A stretch of DNA of 46,871 nucleotides from Sandaracinaceae bacterium (GTDB taxonomy: Bacteria > Myxococcota_A > Polyangia > Polyangiales > Sandaracinaceae): assembly GCA_044220955.1 (NCBI GenBank), contig JBGAQA010000017.1, positions 53,827 through 100,697 on the forward strand, in the 5' to 3' direction. The position numbers and the translations under genes were made by a program. This document shows positions 27,282 through 39,378 of this stretch, one piece after another. Numbering within the stretch: position 1 is the first letter of the stretch; every line of letters begins with the position of its first letter. The notes beneath the pieces were generated by a model. The model was not told the origin of the DNA, made no database searches, and was given only the letters and a program-made list of their open reading frames with translations.

Positions 27282-29876
27282 TCAGCCCGGCTTCTTGGCG
27301 TCGGCGACGGCGATCTTCTCGCGCAATTCGCGCACTTCCGTCCGGAGCTTGTCGAGCTCGTCGCGGATCGTCGAGAGCTCGCGCCCGCGTGCCGCCTTGT
27401 CGCGCAGGTCCCGCAGCGCCTCGCGCGCGCCGCGGCGCACGCGGCCGTCGAGATCGCGGTCGACCAGCCGGTTCATCGCCGCCGCCGACCGGAGATCGCG
27501 CAGCGCCGCGAGCGTGCGCGCCGCTCCGATCCGGACGCCTGGGTCGAAGGCGTCGAGCGTCGCCTCGATCCGCTGGCGGATGGTCTCGAGCAGCGGCTCG
27601 TCGGTCGTCACCTCGCGCGCGCTCCCGAGCGCGTTGATGGCCGCGCGGCGCACCGAAGGGGCGTGCTTGGGGTCCAGGGCCTCGAGCAGCGTCGGGATCG
27701 CGCCCGGGTCGCGCAGCGCTCCGAGCCCGTCGACGTCGGCGGCGAGCACACAGTCGTTCCAGCTCACCGGGTCGCTCGCGAAGCGACCCGCGAGGATCGC
27801 CAGCGCGCGCGGGTCGCGGGTCTTGCCGAGCGCTCGCCGCGCCTCGGCCTCGACGAGGTAGCTCCGGTCGCCGCGCTCGATCCACGCGCTGAGCGCGTCG
27901 GCAGCCGCGGCGCTGCGGAAGCGGCCGAGCGCGGACGCCACCGCCCGACGTACGCGCGGGTGCGCGTCGGCGGCGGCGCCGACCAGGATCGCGAGCGCTC
28001 GCGGCGTCCGCTGCTCGCCGAGCGCCGTCGCGCACTCGGCGCGCACGGCCCAGAACGCGTCGCTGCCGAGGCCCTTGCCGAGCGCCTCGAGCGCGCGCGG
28101 CTCGTTGCGCGTCCCGAGCGCCCGGGCCGCCCGCCAGCGCGGGCGAGCCGCCGGGGCGGTCTCGAGCTGTGCGACGAGGAGCGGCGTCGCGATCTTGTTC
28201 TCGATCACCCCGACCACGTTCATCTCGGGGTCGATCACGATCATCTTGGGCACGGCCTTCGCCGGGATGACGAACGTCTCGCGGGCCTTGCCGATCTCGA
28301 GGACGTGCGTGCTCGACCCCTCGTCGGTGACGACGAGCAAGGGCAAGGACACCGTGAACGCCGGGGGCTCACCCGCCTTCGCGCTCTTCTCGACCACCGT
28401 CACGCGCAGCACGCCCGCGTCGTGCTCGCTCGACACCTCGAGCTGCGGGTGCCCGCCCTTCTGCGTCCACTGATCGAAGAACGCCTCGAGCGAGCGACCC
28501 GTGGCCTCTTCGAGCGCGCGCATCAGATCGCGGGTCTCTGCGCCCTGGCCGCGCATCTTGGCGAGGTAGTGCGCGAGCCCGCCGAAGAACGCGTCGTCGC
28601 CGAGGTGCTGCCGCAGCGCGTGCAGGACCAGGCCGCCCTTCTGGTAGAGGTGGCGGTCGAAGATGTCGATCGGCGAGGACCAGACGTTGGTGACGATGGC
28701 GCGGCGGTAGCGGCCGCCGTCCTCGTCCAGGTAGACCTCGAGGTCCTGCTCGAGGCCGTAGAAGTACGCGTCGCGGCCCTCGTCGTGCTCGCGCCAGAGG
28801 TGCTCGAGGTAGGTCGCGAAGCCCTCGTTGAGCCACGCGTGGCTCCAGTCGCGGCACGTGACGAGATCGCCGAACCACTGGTGCGCGAGCTCGTGGCTGA
28901 CGAGCGACTGCATGTCGACGTCGAGCGCGGCACGCTCGTCGAGCAGCGCGCGATCGTAGAGCGTGGTCGCGCTCGTGTTCTCCATGCCGCCGAAGATGAA
29001 GTCGCTGACGACGACCTGGGCGTACTTCACCCAGGGGAAGGGCGTCCGGAGCCGCTCCTCGAAGTGCGCGATCATCCTGGGCGTGGTGCCGAGCGAGCGC
29101 GCGATGGCTCCGGCGTGGCCCGGCGGGACGTAGTAGTCGACGGGCAGCGCAGGGCGGCCTGCCGTCGCGGGCAGCGTGTCGTGCGCCTCCTCGAAGCGGC
29201 CGGCGGCGAGCGTGACGAGATACGGCGGCAGCGGCTCGTCCTGGTGGTAGCGGAACGTCGTCCACTCGCCAGCCACTCTCTTCTCCACGAGCACGCCGTT
29301 GCCGAGCACGGTGAAGCCCGTGGGCACGGTCGCGCTGAGCTCGAGCTTCGTGCGGGCGCCCGGGTGGTCCTGGCACGGAAACCAGTGGCGATTGTCCTCG
29401 TCCTGGCCCTGCGACCAGACCTCGGTCGGCATCGAGGCGTCGTCGTGGAGCGGCGCCCGGAGCTCGCGTCGCGTGACGAAGTAGAGCCCGCGCCGCGGCG
29501 CGCAGCGGTACGTGATGCGCACGCGCACGCGCTCGACGTCGAGCGGCACGTCGATGCGGAGCGTGCGGCCGTCGTTCCGGTAGGTCGCGGGCACCGCCTG
29601 ATCCCCCGGGAGCAGCCGGACGACCTCCGACACCTCGAGGTCGATCGCGTCGAGCTCCAGCTCGGCGCGCTGCCGATCGACGCGTCGCGCGTCGAGCACG
29701 GCGACGCCCTCGACCGAGCGCTCCGCCAGGTTCACGCGCACGTCGAGCGTGGTGGACTCGACCGGGAAGGGGCGCGGCCGGCCCCAGCGCGGGGGATCGC
29801 CGGGGAGCGGGAAGGGGCGACCGTCCGCGGCGGAGGCGGCGGCCTCGAAAAGGTACGCACAGTGCCGACAGCTCAT
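27282..29876 (-). CDS. pepN: M1-family aminopeptidase with HEAT repeats and C-terminal coiled coil
   Basis: GGMEN, HELAHQWFGD..WLNEGFATY, YQKGG; PBS-lyase/HEAT repeats (VRAECATALG, VRRAVASALG). Confidence 0.93.
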   Translation of the reverse strand: MSCRHCAYLFEAAASAADGRPFPLPGDPPRWGRPRPFPVESTTLDVRVNLAERSVEGVAVLDARRVDRQRAELELDAIDLEVSEVVRLLPGDQAVPATYRNDGRTLRIDVPLDVERVRVRITYRCAPRRGLYFVTRRELRAPLHDDASMPTEVWSQGQDEDNRHWFPCQDHPGARTKLELSATVPTGFTVLGNGVLVEKRVAGEWTTFRYHQDEPLPPYLVTLAAGRFEEAHDTLPATAGRPALPVDYYVPPGHAGAIARSLGTTPRMIAHFEERLRTPFPWVKYAQVVVSDFIFGGMENTSATTLYDRALLDERAALDVDMQSLVSHELAHQWFGDLVTCRDWSHAWLNEGFATYLEHLWREHDEGRDAYFYGLEQDLEVYLDEDGGRYRRAIVTNVWSSPIDIFDRHLYQKGGLVLHALRQHLGDDAFFGGLAHYLAKMRGQGAETRDLMRALEEATGRSLEAFFDQWTQKGGHPQLEVSSEHDAGVLRVTVVEKSAKAGEPPAFTVSLPLLVVTDEGSSTHVLEIGKARETFVIPAKAVPKMIVIDPEMNVVGVIENKIATPLLVAQLETAPAARPRWRAARALGTRNEPRALEALGKGLGSDAFWAVRAECATALGEQRTPRALAILVGAAADAHPRVRRAVASALGRFRSAAAADALSAWIERGDRSYLVEAEARRALGKTRDPRALAILAGRFASDPVSWNDCVLAADVDGLGALRDPGAIPTLLEALDPKHAPSVRRAAINALGSAREVTTDEPLLETIRQRIEATLDAFDPGVRIGAARTLAALRDLRSAAAMNRLVDRDLDGRVRRGAREALRDLRDKAARGRELSTIRDELDKLRTEVRELREKIAVADAKKPG

Positions 29877-29964
29877 CGAGGCGACGTGTACACAGCGGCG
29901 GGCACGCTGGCAATCAGGGCAGTTGACGCCCCGCGTCGTGGCTGGCGATCATGCTGGGGCGCCA

Positions 29965-32094
<2,130 letters not shown>

Positions 32095-32112
32095 GACGGG
32101 GCGCGCGGGCTC

Positions 32113-32502
32113 TCAGGCGAGCGTCTTGGGCCGCAGCGCGGCGCGGATCGTGGCGAGCAGCGCGAGCAGGCACGGGACGGCCCCGCAGACGAGCCCGAAG
32201 ATGACGAGGTTCATCGCCTCGGAGATGCCCTGTGAGAGGAGCGTCGCGCGCGAGGACGGGTCGGCGTACGAGACGGCGCCGAAGACGCTCTGCATCGCGA
32301 GCAGGTACCCGACGAAGCCGGTGACGGGGACGAGGAGCCCGAGCACCATCGCGGCGACGCCGATCGCCAGCGACGGCTGCCGGATCTTCGCGGTCAGGGC
32401 CATCGCGAACGCCGTGAGCGCGGTCAGCGTCGCGAGCAGCCCCACCCCGGTGACGACGTACATGAACCAGCCGCCCTCGCGGAACGCCTCGACGACGAAC
32501 AT
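32113..32502 (-). CDS. Small MotA/TolQ/ExbB-like membrane protein
   Basis: AFREGGWFMY, three TM helices, GISEAMN; TGCTAGGGT extended -10 upstream. Confidence 0.75.
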   Translation of the reverse strand: MFVVEAFREGGWFMYVVTGVGLLATLTALTAFAMALTAKIRQPSLAIGVAAMVLGLLVPVTGFVGYLLAMQSVFGAVSYADPSSRATLLSQGISEAMNLVIFGLVCGAVPCLLALLATIRAALRPKTLA

Positions 32503-32565
32503 CCGGCGACCCTAGCAGGAGCTCCGCTCCGCACCCACACGTCCCGGCGCCCATCGTTCGTCTGC

Positions 32566-32601
32566 GAGAGCGAGAGCGACGGCGAGAGCGAGCGCGACTG
32601 C
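32566..32601 (+). repeat. 6 GAxxGC hexamers (intergenic)
   Basis: gagagc gagagc gacggc gagagc gagcgc gactgc. Confidence 0.65.
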
Positions 32602-32651
32602 GTGCGTGAGGGTCGTGGCCCACTCGCCCGAGGAGGCGATATCCTGGGCTC

Positions 32652-32892
32652 GTGGTGCGTCGGCTCGCGCTCTGGACCTTCGCCTCGGCCTCCGTGCTCG
32701 CGGGCTGCGGCATCGCGTCGAGGGTCCCCGCCGATGGGGGAGCGGCCCTCGACGCCGGCGGCGGCGTGGACGCGGGACGCGCCGCACACGTAGCCGCCGG
32801 GCGCGACGGCGGGCTCGACGCGCCCGCTCCGGGTCACGGGCGAGTACACGCCCGCGATGTTCGACGACGTACCCTGCGGGCCGTTCCGCTGA
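32652..32892 (+). pseudogene. Lipoprotein gene remnant
   Basis: MVRRLALWTFASASVLAGC lipobox plus DGG/DAG linker; a protein-like ending GEYTPAMFDDVPCGPFR* lies in another frame (span 3n+1). Confidence 0.45.
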
Positions 32893-32908
32893 GCGGCGGC
32901 CGAGCAGA

Positions 32909-33052
32909 GAGAGCGAGAGCGAGACCGAGGTCGAGGGCGAGAGCGAGGTCGAGAGCGAGGTCGAGGGCGAGAGCGAGGTCGAGGGCGAGATCGAGGTCGA
33001 GGGCGAGGGCGAGATCGAGGTCGAGGTCGAGGGCGAGGGCGAGATCGAGGCC
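32909..33052 (+). repeat. 24 tandem GAGRNC hexamers abutting the argB stop
   Basis: Uninterrupted 6-nt period; reads ES ES ET EV EG... on the plus strand. Confidence 0.95.
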
Positions 33053-33943
33053 CTACGCGACGATCTCGGTGCCGATCCCCTCGTCGGTGAAGATCTCGAG
33101 CAGCGCGGCGTGCTGCACACGACCGTCGACGACGTGGCACTTGCGCACGCCGGCCGAGATCGCGTCGAGCCCGCACTGCACCTTCGGGATCATGCCGCCG
33201 CTGATCACGCCCTCGTCGATCAGCTTCTTCACGTCGCCGGCGCTCATGCTGCTCGCGATCTTGCCATCCTTGCCGCGCACGCCCTCGATGTCGGTCATCA
33301 AGAGGAGCTTGTCCGCCTTCGTCGCGGCGGCGACGGCGCCCGCGACCGTGTCGGCGTTCACGTTGAGCGCGCGCCCGTCCGCGTCCACGGCGACCGGCGC
33401 GATGACGGGGACGAAGCCGCCGCCCGCGAGCTGATCGAGCACCGCGGTCTTGACCTGCACGATGCGTCCGACACGCCCCGGATCGACCTCGCGCCCGGCC
33501 TTGGTCTTCATGCGCGGGATCTTCTCGGCCTGCAGGAACGCGTCGGCCTTGCCGGTGAGGCCGACGGCGCGCGCGCCCGCGCGGCACATGAGCGCGACGA
33601 TCTCGCTGTTCACGCGCCCGCCGAGCACCATCTCGACGACGTCCATCGTGCGCTCGTCGGTGACGCGCAGGCCGTCGATCCGCTCGGTGACGACGCCCAT
33701 CTGCGCGAGCATCGCGTCGATCTGGGGCCCGCCGCCGTGCACCACGATGGGGTGGATGCCGATGAGCTTCATCAGCGTGACGTCGCGCGCGAAGCTGTCC
33801 CTCAGCGCAGGGTCGATCATCGCGTGGCCGCCGTACTTGATGACGAACGTCTTGCCGTGGAAGCGGCGGATGTAGGGAAGCGCCTCGTGGAGGATGGAGG
33901 CCTTCGCGACGAGGTCTTCGACTTCGTGGACGTCGTGGGACAT
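33053..33943 (-). CDS. argB: Acetylglutamate kinase
   Basis: EALPYI, VIKYGGHAM, VHGGGPQI, GLRVTD, NVNAD, GGMIPK, LLEIFTDEGIGT. Confidence 0.97.
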   Translation of the reverse strand: MSHDVHEVEDLVAKASILHEALPYIRRFHGKTFVIKYGGHAMIDPALRDSFARDVTLMKLIGIHPIVVHGGGPQIDAMLAQMGVVTERIDGLRVTDERTMDVVEMVLGGRVNSEIVALMCRAGARAVGLTGKADAFLQAEKIPRMKTKAGREVDPGRVGRIVQVKTAVLDQLAGGGFVPVIAPVAVDADGRALNVNADTVAGAVAAATKADKLLLMTDIEGVRGKDGKIASSMSAGDVKKLIDEGVISGGMIPKVQCGLDAISAGVRKCHVVDGRVQHAALLEIFTDEGIGTEIVA

Positions 33944-33965
33944 GCGGTTGCGATCAAAGCACAGT

Positions 33966-35072
33966 TCAGCCCGTGGGCACGGCGCCGAGATCGATCCGGA
34001 CGAGCATCGCCCGGTGCACCGCGCGCGGCGCGGGCGTCGCGGCGAGGGTCGCAATTCCGTCGATGGACGACGCGGGCAGGAAGAAGAGCAGCACGTCCTG
34101 GCGCCGCGGCCCGGGAGACGCGGCCCATCGCGTCGCCTCGCGGGTGGCGTCGCGCTGCGGTCCCGTGTCGGCGCCGAAGAGCTCGTCGGCCCAGCCGTTC
34201 AGGAACGCGCTCGCTTCGTCGTCGGTGAGGCCGAGGGCGACGAGGATGCGTCGCAGCTCGTCCATGCCCTGCGCGCGGGTGATCGCCTCGGTGCCGACGG
34301 GGAGCATCACCGTCTGTCCGGTGGAGGGCAGCCCCGCGCGCGCGACCACGACGCGACCCTGGGGCCACGGACCGCTCAGCGCGGTCGAGAGCCGCATCAT
34401 GCCGCCCGGGACGTGCTCGACGGCCGCGGTTCCGGTCACGCTCACCGTGAGGTCGGCGGCGCGCGTGACGTCGACGGGGAGCGTCACGCTCGGGACCTGC
34501 GCGCGATAGAAGAGGAGCGCCGTCTGCGTCCCGTCGACGTCGAGGCACGCCGCGGAGGGCGCGTCGTAGCGGGGCAGCTCGGTGACCTCGCAGACGCCGT
34601 CGGTCGTGCCGCAGCCGGGCGCCGCGCGACGCGCGGAGCCGGGGGCGGCGGGCGCGCAGTGTGCGGCGCGGGCGACGACGTGCGGCCACTCGAGGGTCGT
34701 GCCCGCGAGCGTCCCGGCCGGGTCGTGCTCGACGAACGACCCGGCGCCGAGCGTCACGCGGAGCCCGAACGTCTGCTCGGCCGCGCCGTCGAGCAGGTGC
34801 GCGTAGACGACGGGCTTGCGCACCGACATCGGTCGCTGCGGCTGGCCCGCGCCCGCCGAGATCTCGACCGGCCCGCTCTCCGGTACGTCGACGACGCCCC
34901 ACTCGTGCAGCTCGTAGGCGGCGCCGGCGGGGCTCGAGGGGGAGGGCGAGGGGGAGGGCGTGGCTGGCGAGGGGGAGGGCGTGGCGGGCGAGGGGGAGGG
35001 CGAGGGCGAGGGCGAGGCCGACCCGCACGCCACCAGGATCGCCGCGAGGGCCACGCTGCTTCTCGTACGCAT
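33966..35072 (-). CDS. Hypothetical lipoprotein with Ser-Pro linker
   Basis: ILVAC lipobox; (SP)n linker; HEWG, RKPVVY and GLTDDEASAFLNGW motifs. Confidence 0.8.
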   Translation of the reverse strand: MRTRSSVALAAILVACGSASPSPSPSPSPATPSPSPATPSPSPSPSSPAGAAYELHEWGVVDVPESGPVEISAGAGQPQRPMSVRKPVVYAHLLDGAAEQTFGLRVTLGAGSFVEHDPAGTLAGTTLEWPHVVARAAHCAPAAPGSARRAAPGCGTTDGVCEVTELPRYDAPSAACLDVDGTQTALLFYRAQVPSVTLPVDVTRAADLTVSVTGTAAVEHVPGGMMRLSTALSGPWPQGRVVVARAGLPSTGQTVMLPVGTEAITRAQGMDELRRILVALGLTDDEASAFLNGWADELFGADTGPQRDATREATRWAASPGPRRQDVLLFFLPASSIDGIATLAATPAPRAVHRAMLVRIDLGAVPTG

Positions 35073-35094
35073 GCCCCCATGCTAGCAGCCGCGC
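35073..35094. promoter_or_regulatory. Probable bidirectional extended -10 element
   Basis: 22-nt divergent gap with palindrome TGCTAGCA (35080-35087): TGC-TAGCAT 6 nt before ATG 35072 (minus) and TGC-TAGCAG 6 nt before GTG 35095 (plus). Confidence 0.6.
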
Positions 35095-35913
35095 GTGATC
35101 GAGACCCTCGTCCACCTGCCCAGGCACGCCTTCTCGGCGCGCGACGCGGCGCGCGCGGGCGACGTCTGGCGCGCGTTCCAGGAGGTCGCGGTCGAGGCGT
35201 CCACCGCCGCGGGCTGGCCGCCGTCGCGCTATCGCGACGAGGGCGTCGCGTTCATCGTCCGCTCGATGACCGCGGTCCACGCGCGCGAGGCGCTCTACGG
35301 CGAGCGCCTCTCGGGCAGCACGTGGGTCTCGCGCATGCGGCGCGACATGTTCTCGACGCGGGAGGTGCGCATCGCGGGTGGGGGCGGGCTCCTCGCCGCG
35401 GCGCGGCAGGAGTGGGTCCACGTGGCCGCCTCGGGCAACGTCCTCGAGCCAGCGCGCGGCAGCCAGCCGCTCCTCGCCGCGTTCCCGGCCGTGGCGGGCC
35501 CCGAGGGGGACGTCCCGCCGGTGCTCCCGGCGACGCTGACGAAGGCGCCCGATCACGAGCCGCACGTCTTCGAGCTCGAGGCGTTCCACACGTGGATGGA
35601 TCCGCTCGATCACGCCAACCACCCGGCGTACGTCGACTGGGCCGACGAGGCGCTCTCTCGCGCGCTCGCGCGCTGCGGTGTCCCACCGATCGCGCTCGTC
35701 CCGGTGGCCGAGGAGGCGAGCTTCCGCAGCGGCGTCGTCGGTGCGGAGCGCGTGCGCGTCGAGACGCGCGTCGCGGGGCGCACGGCCGCGGCCGACGTCG
35801 TGTGCGAGCACCGGGTGCTGGCGGGGCAGAGGCTCTGCGCGACCGTGACGACGGTCCGGAGGCTCGTCGATCGCTCGGCGGACGAGCTCGAGCGCGCCGT
35901 CCGCCTCGGCTGA
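35095..35913 (+). CDS. Acyl-ACP/acyl-CoA thioesterase (double hotdog fold)
   Basis: FQEVA, QEWVHV, MDPLDHANHPAYVDW (D-x3-H-x-N motif). Confidence 0.8.
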   Translation: MIETLVHLPRHAFSARDAARAGDVWRAFQEVAVEASTAAGWPPSRYRDEGVAFIVRSMTAVHAREALYGERLSGSTWVSRMRRDMFSTREVRIAGGGGLLAAARQEWVHVAASGNVLEPARGSQPLLAAFPAVAGPEGDVPPVLPATLTKAPDHEPHVFELEAFHTWMDPLDHANHPAYVDWADEALSRALARCGVPPIALVPVAEEASFRSGVVGAERVRVETRVAGRTAAADVVCEHRVLAGQRLCATVTTVRRLVDRSADELERAVRLG

Positions 35914-35928
35914 GCGCCGGGGCGGGCG

Positions 35929-36609
35929 CTACGAGTCGGCCCTCGCGGCCGCAGCACCGGCGGAGGCCACGAGCTGCTTCTCCAGGACGTCCATCGCGGC
36001 TGCGACCGAGCCGCGCATCCGCGGGCTCCGCAGGCTCCACAAGATCGCCGACCAGACCAGCAGCACCACCAGCCCGACCGGCACGGCGACGCGCATCGAG
36101 GCGCCCAGCTCGCCGCCGCCGTCGAGCAGAGCCAGCGCCAGCCGGTATCCGGGGATCGCGAGCGGCAGCCCCAGGCTCGCGGGGACGACGCGGGCCACGA
36201 GGCGTCGCCGGTCGCCGAGCGCGACGCAGTCGATGCGGATCGTCCCCAGCGCTCGCGGCACCCGGGCGAGCGGTCCGCGTGGCTCGGCCATCACGGTGAC
36301 GAGCGCGCTCCGCTCGCTCACGATCGTCAGGCGCGTGTGGGCCGCGTCCGCCGGACCGATCACCCAGATCCCCGGCTCGAGTCCCGGCGCGGCGACGTCC
36401 TTGGTGCCTCGGTAGCCGTCGCCGACGCGCAGGGTGGGCCGAGCCTCGGCCGGGAGGTCGCGCGCTCCGAAGGGGGCGAGCGCCAGCGCCCCGACGACGG
36501 AGGGCGCGTGGGCATGCACGACGGCCTCGATGAAGTGCGGCAGCGCCAGCAGCGCCGCTGCGAACGCGCAGACCACGAGCACGCCCAGAACGCCGAGGAT
36601 GACTTCCAC
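35929..36609 (-). CDS. Hypothetical membrane protein
   Basis: Hydrophobic N-terminus and two C-terminal TM segments; GDGYR motif. Confidence 0.6.
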   Translation of the reverse strand: MEVILGVLGVLVVCAFAAALLALPHFIEAVVHAHAPSVVGALALAPFGARDLPAEARPTLRVGDGYRGTKDVAAPGLEPGIWVIGPADAAHTRLTIVSERSALVTVMAEPRGPLARVPRALGTIRIDCVALGDRRRLVARVVPASLGLPLAIPGYRLALALLDGGGELGASMRVAVPVGLVVLLVWSAILWSLRSPRMRGSVAAAMDVLEKQLVASAGAAAARADS

Positions 36610-36640
36610 GTGGATCCACTCTCGCGAGACAGGGAGCGCG

Positions 36641-37978
36641 TCAGAACAGCGCGATCTGATCGATCACCGCGCCCACGCCGACGCCGGGCACGATCCCGGT
36701 GCAGGAGACGTCGCGTGGCCCCGGCGGCTCGATCAGCGCGTAGTAGCGCCCCGCGCGCGTCGCCAGGTAGCCGACGCTGACGGGCGCCGGCGGGCTCTCG
36801 ACCTCGAAGCCGGGCACCGTCGCGGGCGGCAAGAGCGACTGGTAGTTCGTCACTTGCCCGACGTTCGCGCCGTTCTCGTCGAACACCGTCACGAACGCGA
36901 CCACGTTGAACGTGTCCGCCGGGGCCTCGAGCCGCATCGTCATCGAGAGCGTCCGGCGGCCCGCCGTGGAGTCGAACACGAGCACCGCGCGGTCTCGCAG
37001 CAGCAGCGACGTCGTGCCCTCGAGGGCCGTCTCTCCGACGTCGTCCCCGAAGATCTCGGCCGGCGCGCTCGAGAGCACGCCCACCACGCTCGGGTCGCAG
37101 CCGTCGATGGCCGGGCGTGCGAGCTCGGGCACGTCCACGACGAGGGTCGGGATCGTCGCCGCGCCGAGGCCGGCGAGATCGTGCGCAGGCGCGGCCTCCA
37201 GGGTGTAGCGCCCCGCCGGCATGGAGCGTGTGTCGAGCGACCAGCGCGCAGGCGCGCTCGCGCCGATGTCCGCCACGAGCCCCAGCGTCCGCGGGCCGAC
37301 GAGCCGCGCCATGAACGCGGGATCGACGGGCTCCGACGCGCGCAGCACGACCGGATCGAAGCGCGGGATCGGCGCGTCGTGCTCGAGCGCGAGGACCGGC
37401 GGCTGCGTGTCGGGCACGATCGTCCGCACGTACACGAACTCGGCCGAGGGGAAGCCGGGCATGGTGGGTCCCGATCGGGTGATCGTCGAGGCCGACGCGG
37501 CGCTGGCGAGGTGGTCACGGATGCCGTCCCCGTCGGGGTCGTCGAACTGCAGCAACCACTGGTCGATCGTGACCTCGTCGTAGCTGCACGCGTGGTCGCC
37601 CGCGATTCCCATCGGGATCGGGCCTCGCGCTCGCAGGATCCCACCGGGCATGATGTCGAAGATCACGCTCGCCGCACGCCCGCCCGCGCCGCCCACCGCT
37701 CTCACGATCCCCGCCTCCGCGCGCGCGTCGACGTCGAGCGTCAGCTCGAAGGTGTCCGCGCCCACCATGCAGTCGATGATCCACGACTGCGCCGGCACGA
37801 CGTCGGGCAGGGGCGGGCCGGTGTCGGGCCAGCGGAAGGTGTCGGGGCCGTCGGCGTGGCCGCCGTCGCGCGGCGGGGGGAAGAATCCCGCGTCGAACGG
37901 GGGGGGTGCCGGCGGCGGGTCGGGGCAGCCCGAGAGCGCGAGCGCGAACGCGACGACCGCGGCGAGTGCCCCACGCAC
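36641..37978 (-). CDS. Hypothetical lipoprotein with Ig-like domain
   Basis: ALSGC lipobox, Pro/DAG linker, PDTQPP..LRASEPVD..AHDLAG (SbsA/Big-like); TAAGCT 6 nt upstream. Confidence 0.78.
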   Translation of the reverse strand: MRGALAAVVAFALALSGCPDPPPAPPPFDAGFFPPPRDGGHADGPDTFRWPDTGPPLPDVVPAQSWIIDCMVGADTFELTLDVDARAEAGIVRAVGGAGGRAASVIFDIMPGGILRARGPIPMGIAGDHACSYDEVTIDQWLLQFDDPDGDGIRDHLASAASASTITRSGPTMPGFPSAEFVYVRTIVPDTQPPVLALEHDAPIPRFDPVVLRASEPVDPAFMARLVGPRTLGLVADIGASAPARWSLDTRSMPAGRYTLEAAPAHDLAGLGAATIPTLVVDVPELARPAIDGCDPSVVGVLSSAPAEIFGDDVGETALEGTTSLLLRDRAVLVFDSTAGRRTLSMTMRLEAPADTFNVVAFVTVFDENGANVGQVTNYQSLLPPATVPGFEVESPPAPVSVGYLATRAGRYYALIEPPGPRDVSCTGIVPGVGVGAVIDQIALF

Positions 37979-38049
37979 CCGCCGAGCTTAGAGGGAAAGC
38001 CGCGGATGTGCTCGTAGCGCAACGTCACGTTCGTGTAGAGTCCCGCGTC

Positions 38050-39378
38050 GTGGGCCTTCGCCGTGCGCTCCTGACCGTCCTCGCGGTGCTCGCGCTCGCT
38101 CCGGCACGGCTCGCCCACGCGACCCCGCAGGATCTGTTCGGCCTCGGGGCCCGCAGCTCCGCGATGGGCATGACGGGCGTCTCGTGCTCGGACACCTGGG
38201 AGGCCGTGTACACGAACCCGGCCGGCCTGGCGCGGGTGCGCCGCCGCGAGCTCGAGGTCGGCCTCGGGGGCGGCGCCTACCAGCTCACCCTCGACGGGCA
38301 GCGTTTCCCCGTCGAGCCCGCCCGCGGGCTGACCATCGGCTTCGCCCTACCGCTTCCATTCGGGGACGTGCTGCAGGATCGCCTCGTGCTCGCGGGTGGG
38401 TTCTACACCCCCGCGAACGTGCTGCTCCGCGGCCACGTCGACTTCGCCGAGATCCCGCAGTGGGGCGTCGTCGACCGCGCGCAGTCGCTGTCGATCAACG
38501 TCGGGCTCGGCATCAACCTCGACGACCTCGTCTCGGGGCTGCGGCTGGGGATCGGTGTGTCGGCGCTGGCGAACGTCGTCGGCGACCTGTCGGTGCGGCT
38601 CGACGAGACCCACTCGTTCCAGTCGGTCGTCGAGACGCAGCTGCTCGCGACCTTCTCCCCGATCGCCGGCGTGGCCATCGACCAGCCGGAGTGGGGCCTC
38701 GGCCTCGTGTACCGCCACGAGCTCCGCTCCGAGATGAACCTGCACATCGTGGTCAGCGATCTGCCCGTGATGCTCCCGGTGCTCACGATCGGCGCGCTCG
38801 TGCAGTACGACCCGGCGCAGGTGGCGCTCGAGGGCTACTACCGCGTCGATCCCAACGTGCGGCTGGTGGCCAACATCACCTACCGGCTCTGGAGCTTCTA
38901 CCCCGGGCCCTACCAGCCCACGACGGACGGCTCGTTCCTGCCGCCCGCGCCGCTCTTCCACGACACGATCTCGCCGCGCGTCGGGATCGAGGGCGTGATC
39001 CGCGAGGGCAACGCCGACCTGACGCTGCGCGGGGGCTACGCGCTCGAGCTCTCGCCCAGCCCGGGCGCGTTCTTCGGCCCCCAGCGCGAGGCCGACGGGA
39101 CGAACCGCATGCGCGGGATGGAGGTCGTCCCGGCCGCGCTGCGCATCATCGACAACGACCGGCACGTCCTGACCGCGGGCTTCGGCCTCACCTACCGGTT
39201 CACCGACACCGAGCGCCTGCACCTCGATCTCTACGGGCAGCTGCATGCGCTGGTGGACCGCACGCACGCGATCACGCGCACCGCGACGGACCCGCCGCCG
39301 GCGTCCGGCGCGCCGCCCGGCATGGTGAGCGCGGGCTACATCGTCATCGGCGGCTGGATGGTGGGGCTCGAGTTCTGA
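38050..39378 (+). CDS. FadL/OmpP1-family outer-membrane transporter
   Basis: Signal peptide, FGLGARSSAMG, YTNPAGL hatch motif, beta strands, C-terminal Phe. Confidence 0.85.
   Translation: MGLRRALLTVLAVLALAPARLAHATPQDLFGLGARSSAMGMTGVSCSDTWEAVYTNPAGLARVRRRELEVGLGGGAYQLTLDGQRFPVEPARGLTIGFALPLPFGDVLQDRLVLAGGFYTPANVLLRGHVDFAEIPQWGVVDRAQSLSINVGLGINLDDLVSGLRLGIGVSALANVVGDLSVRLDETHSFQSVVETQLLATFSPIAGVAIDQPEWGLGLVYRHELRSEMNLHIVVSDLPVMLPVLTIGALVQYDPAQVALEGYYRVDPNVRLVANITYRLWSFYPGPYQPTTDGSFLPPAPLFHDTISPRVGIEGVIREGNADLTLRGGYALELSPSPGAFFGPQREADGTNRMRGMEVVPAALRIIDNDRHVLTAGFGLTYRFTDTERLHLDLYGQLHALVDRTHAITRTATDPPPASGAPPGMVSAGYIVIGGWMVGLEF

Noticed and set aside
32606..34228. Plus-strand ORF with a poly-(Glu-X) tract as a possible carboxylase substrate
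   Set aside because: It is antisense to argB over most of its length and its N-terminus is Arg-rich shadow sequence; the Glu run is simply the hexamer array.
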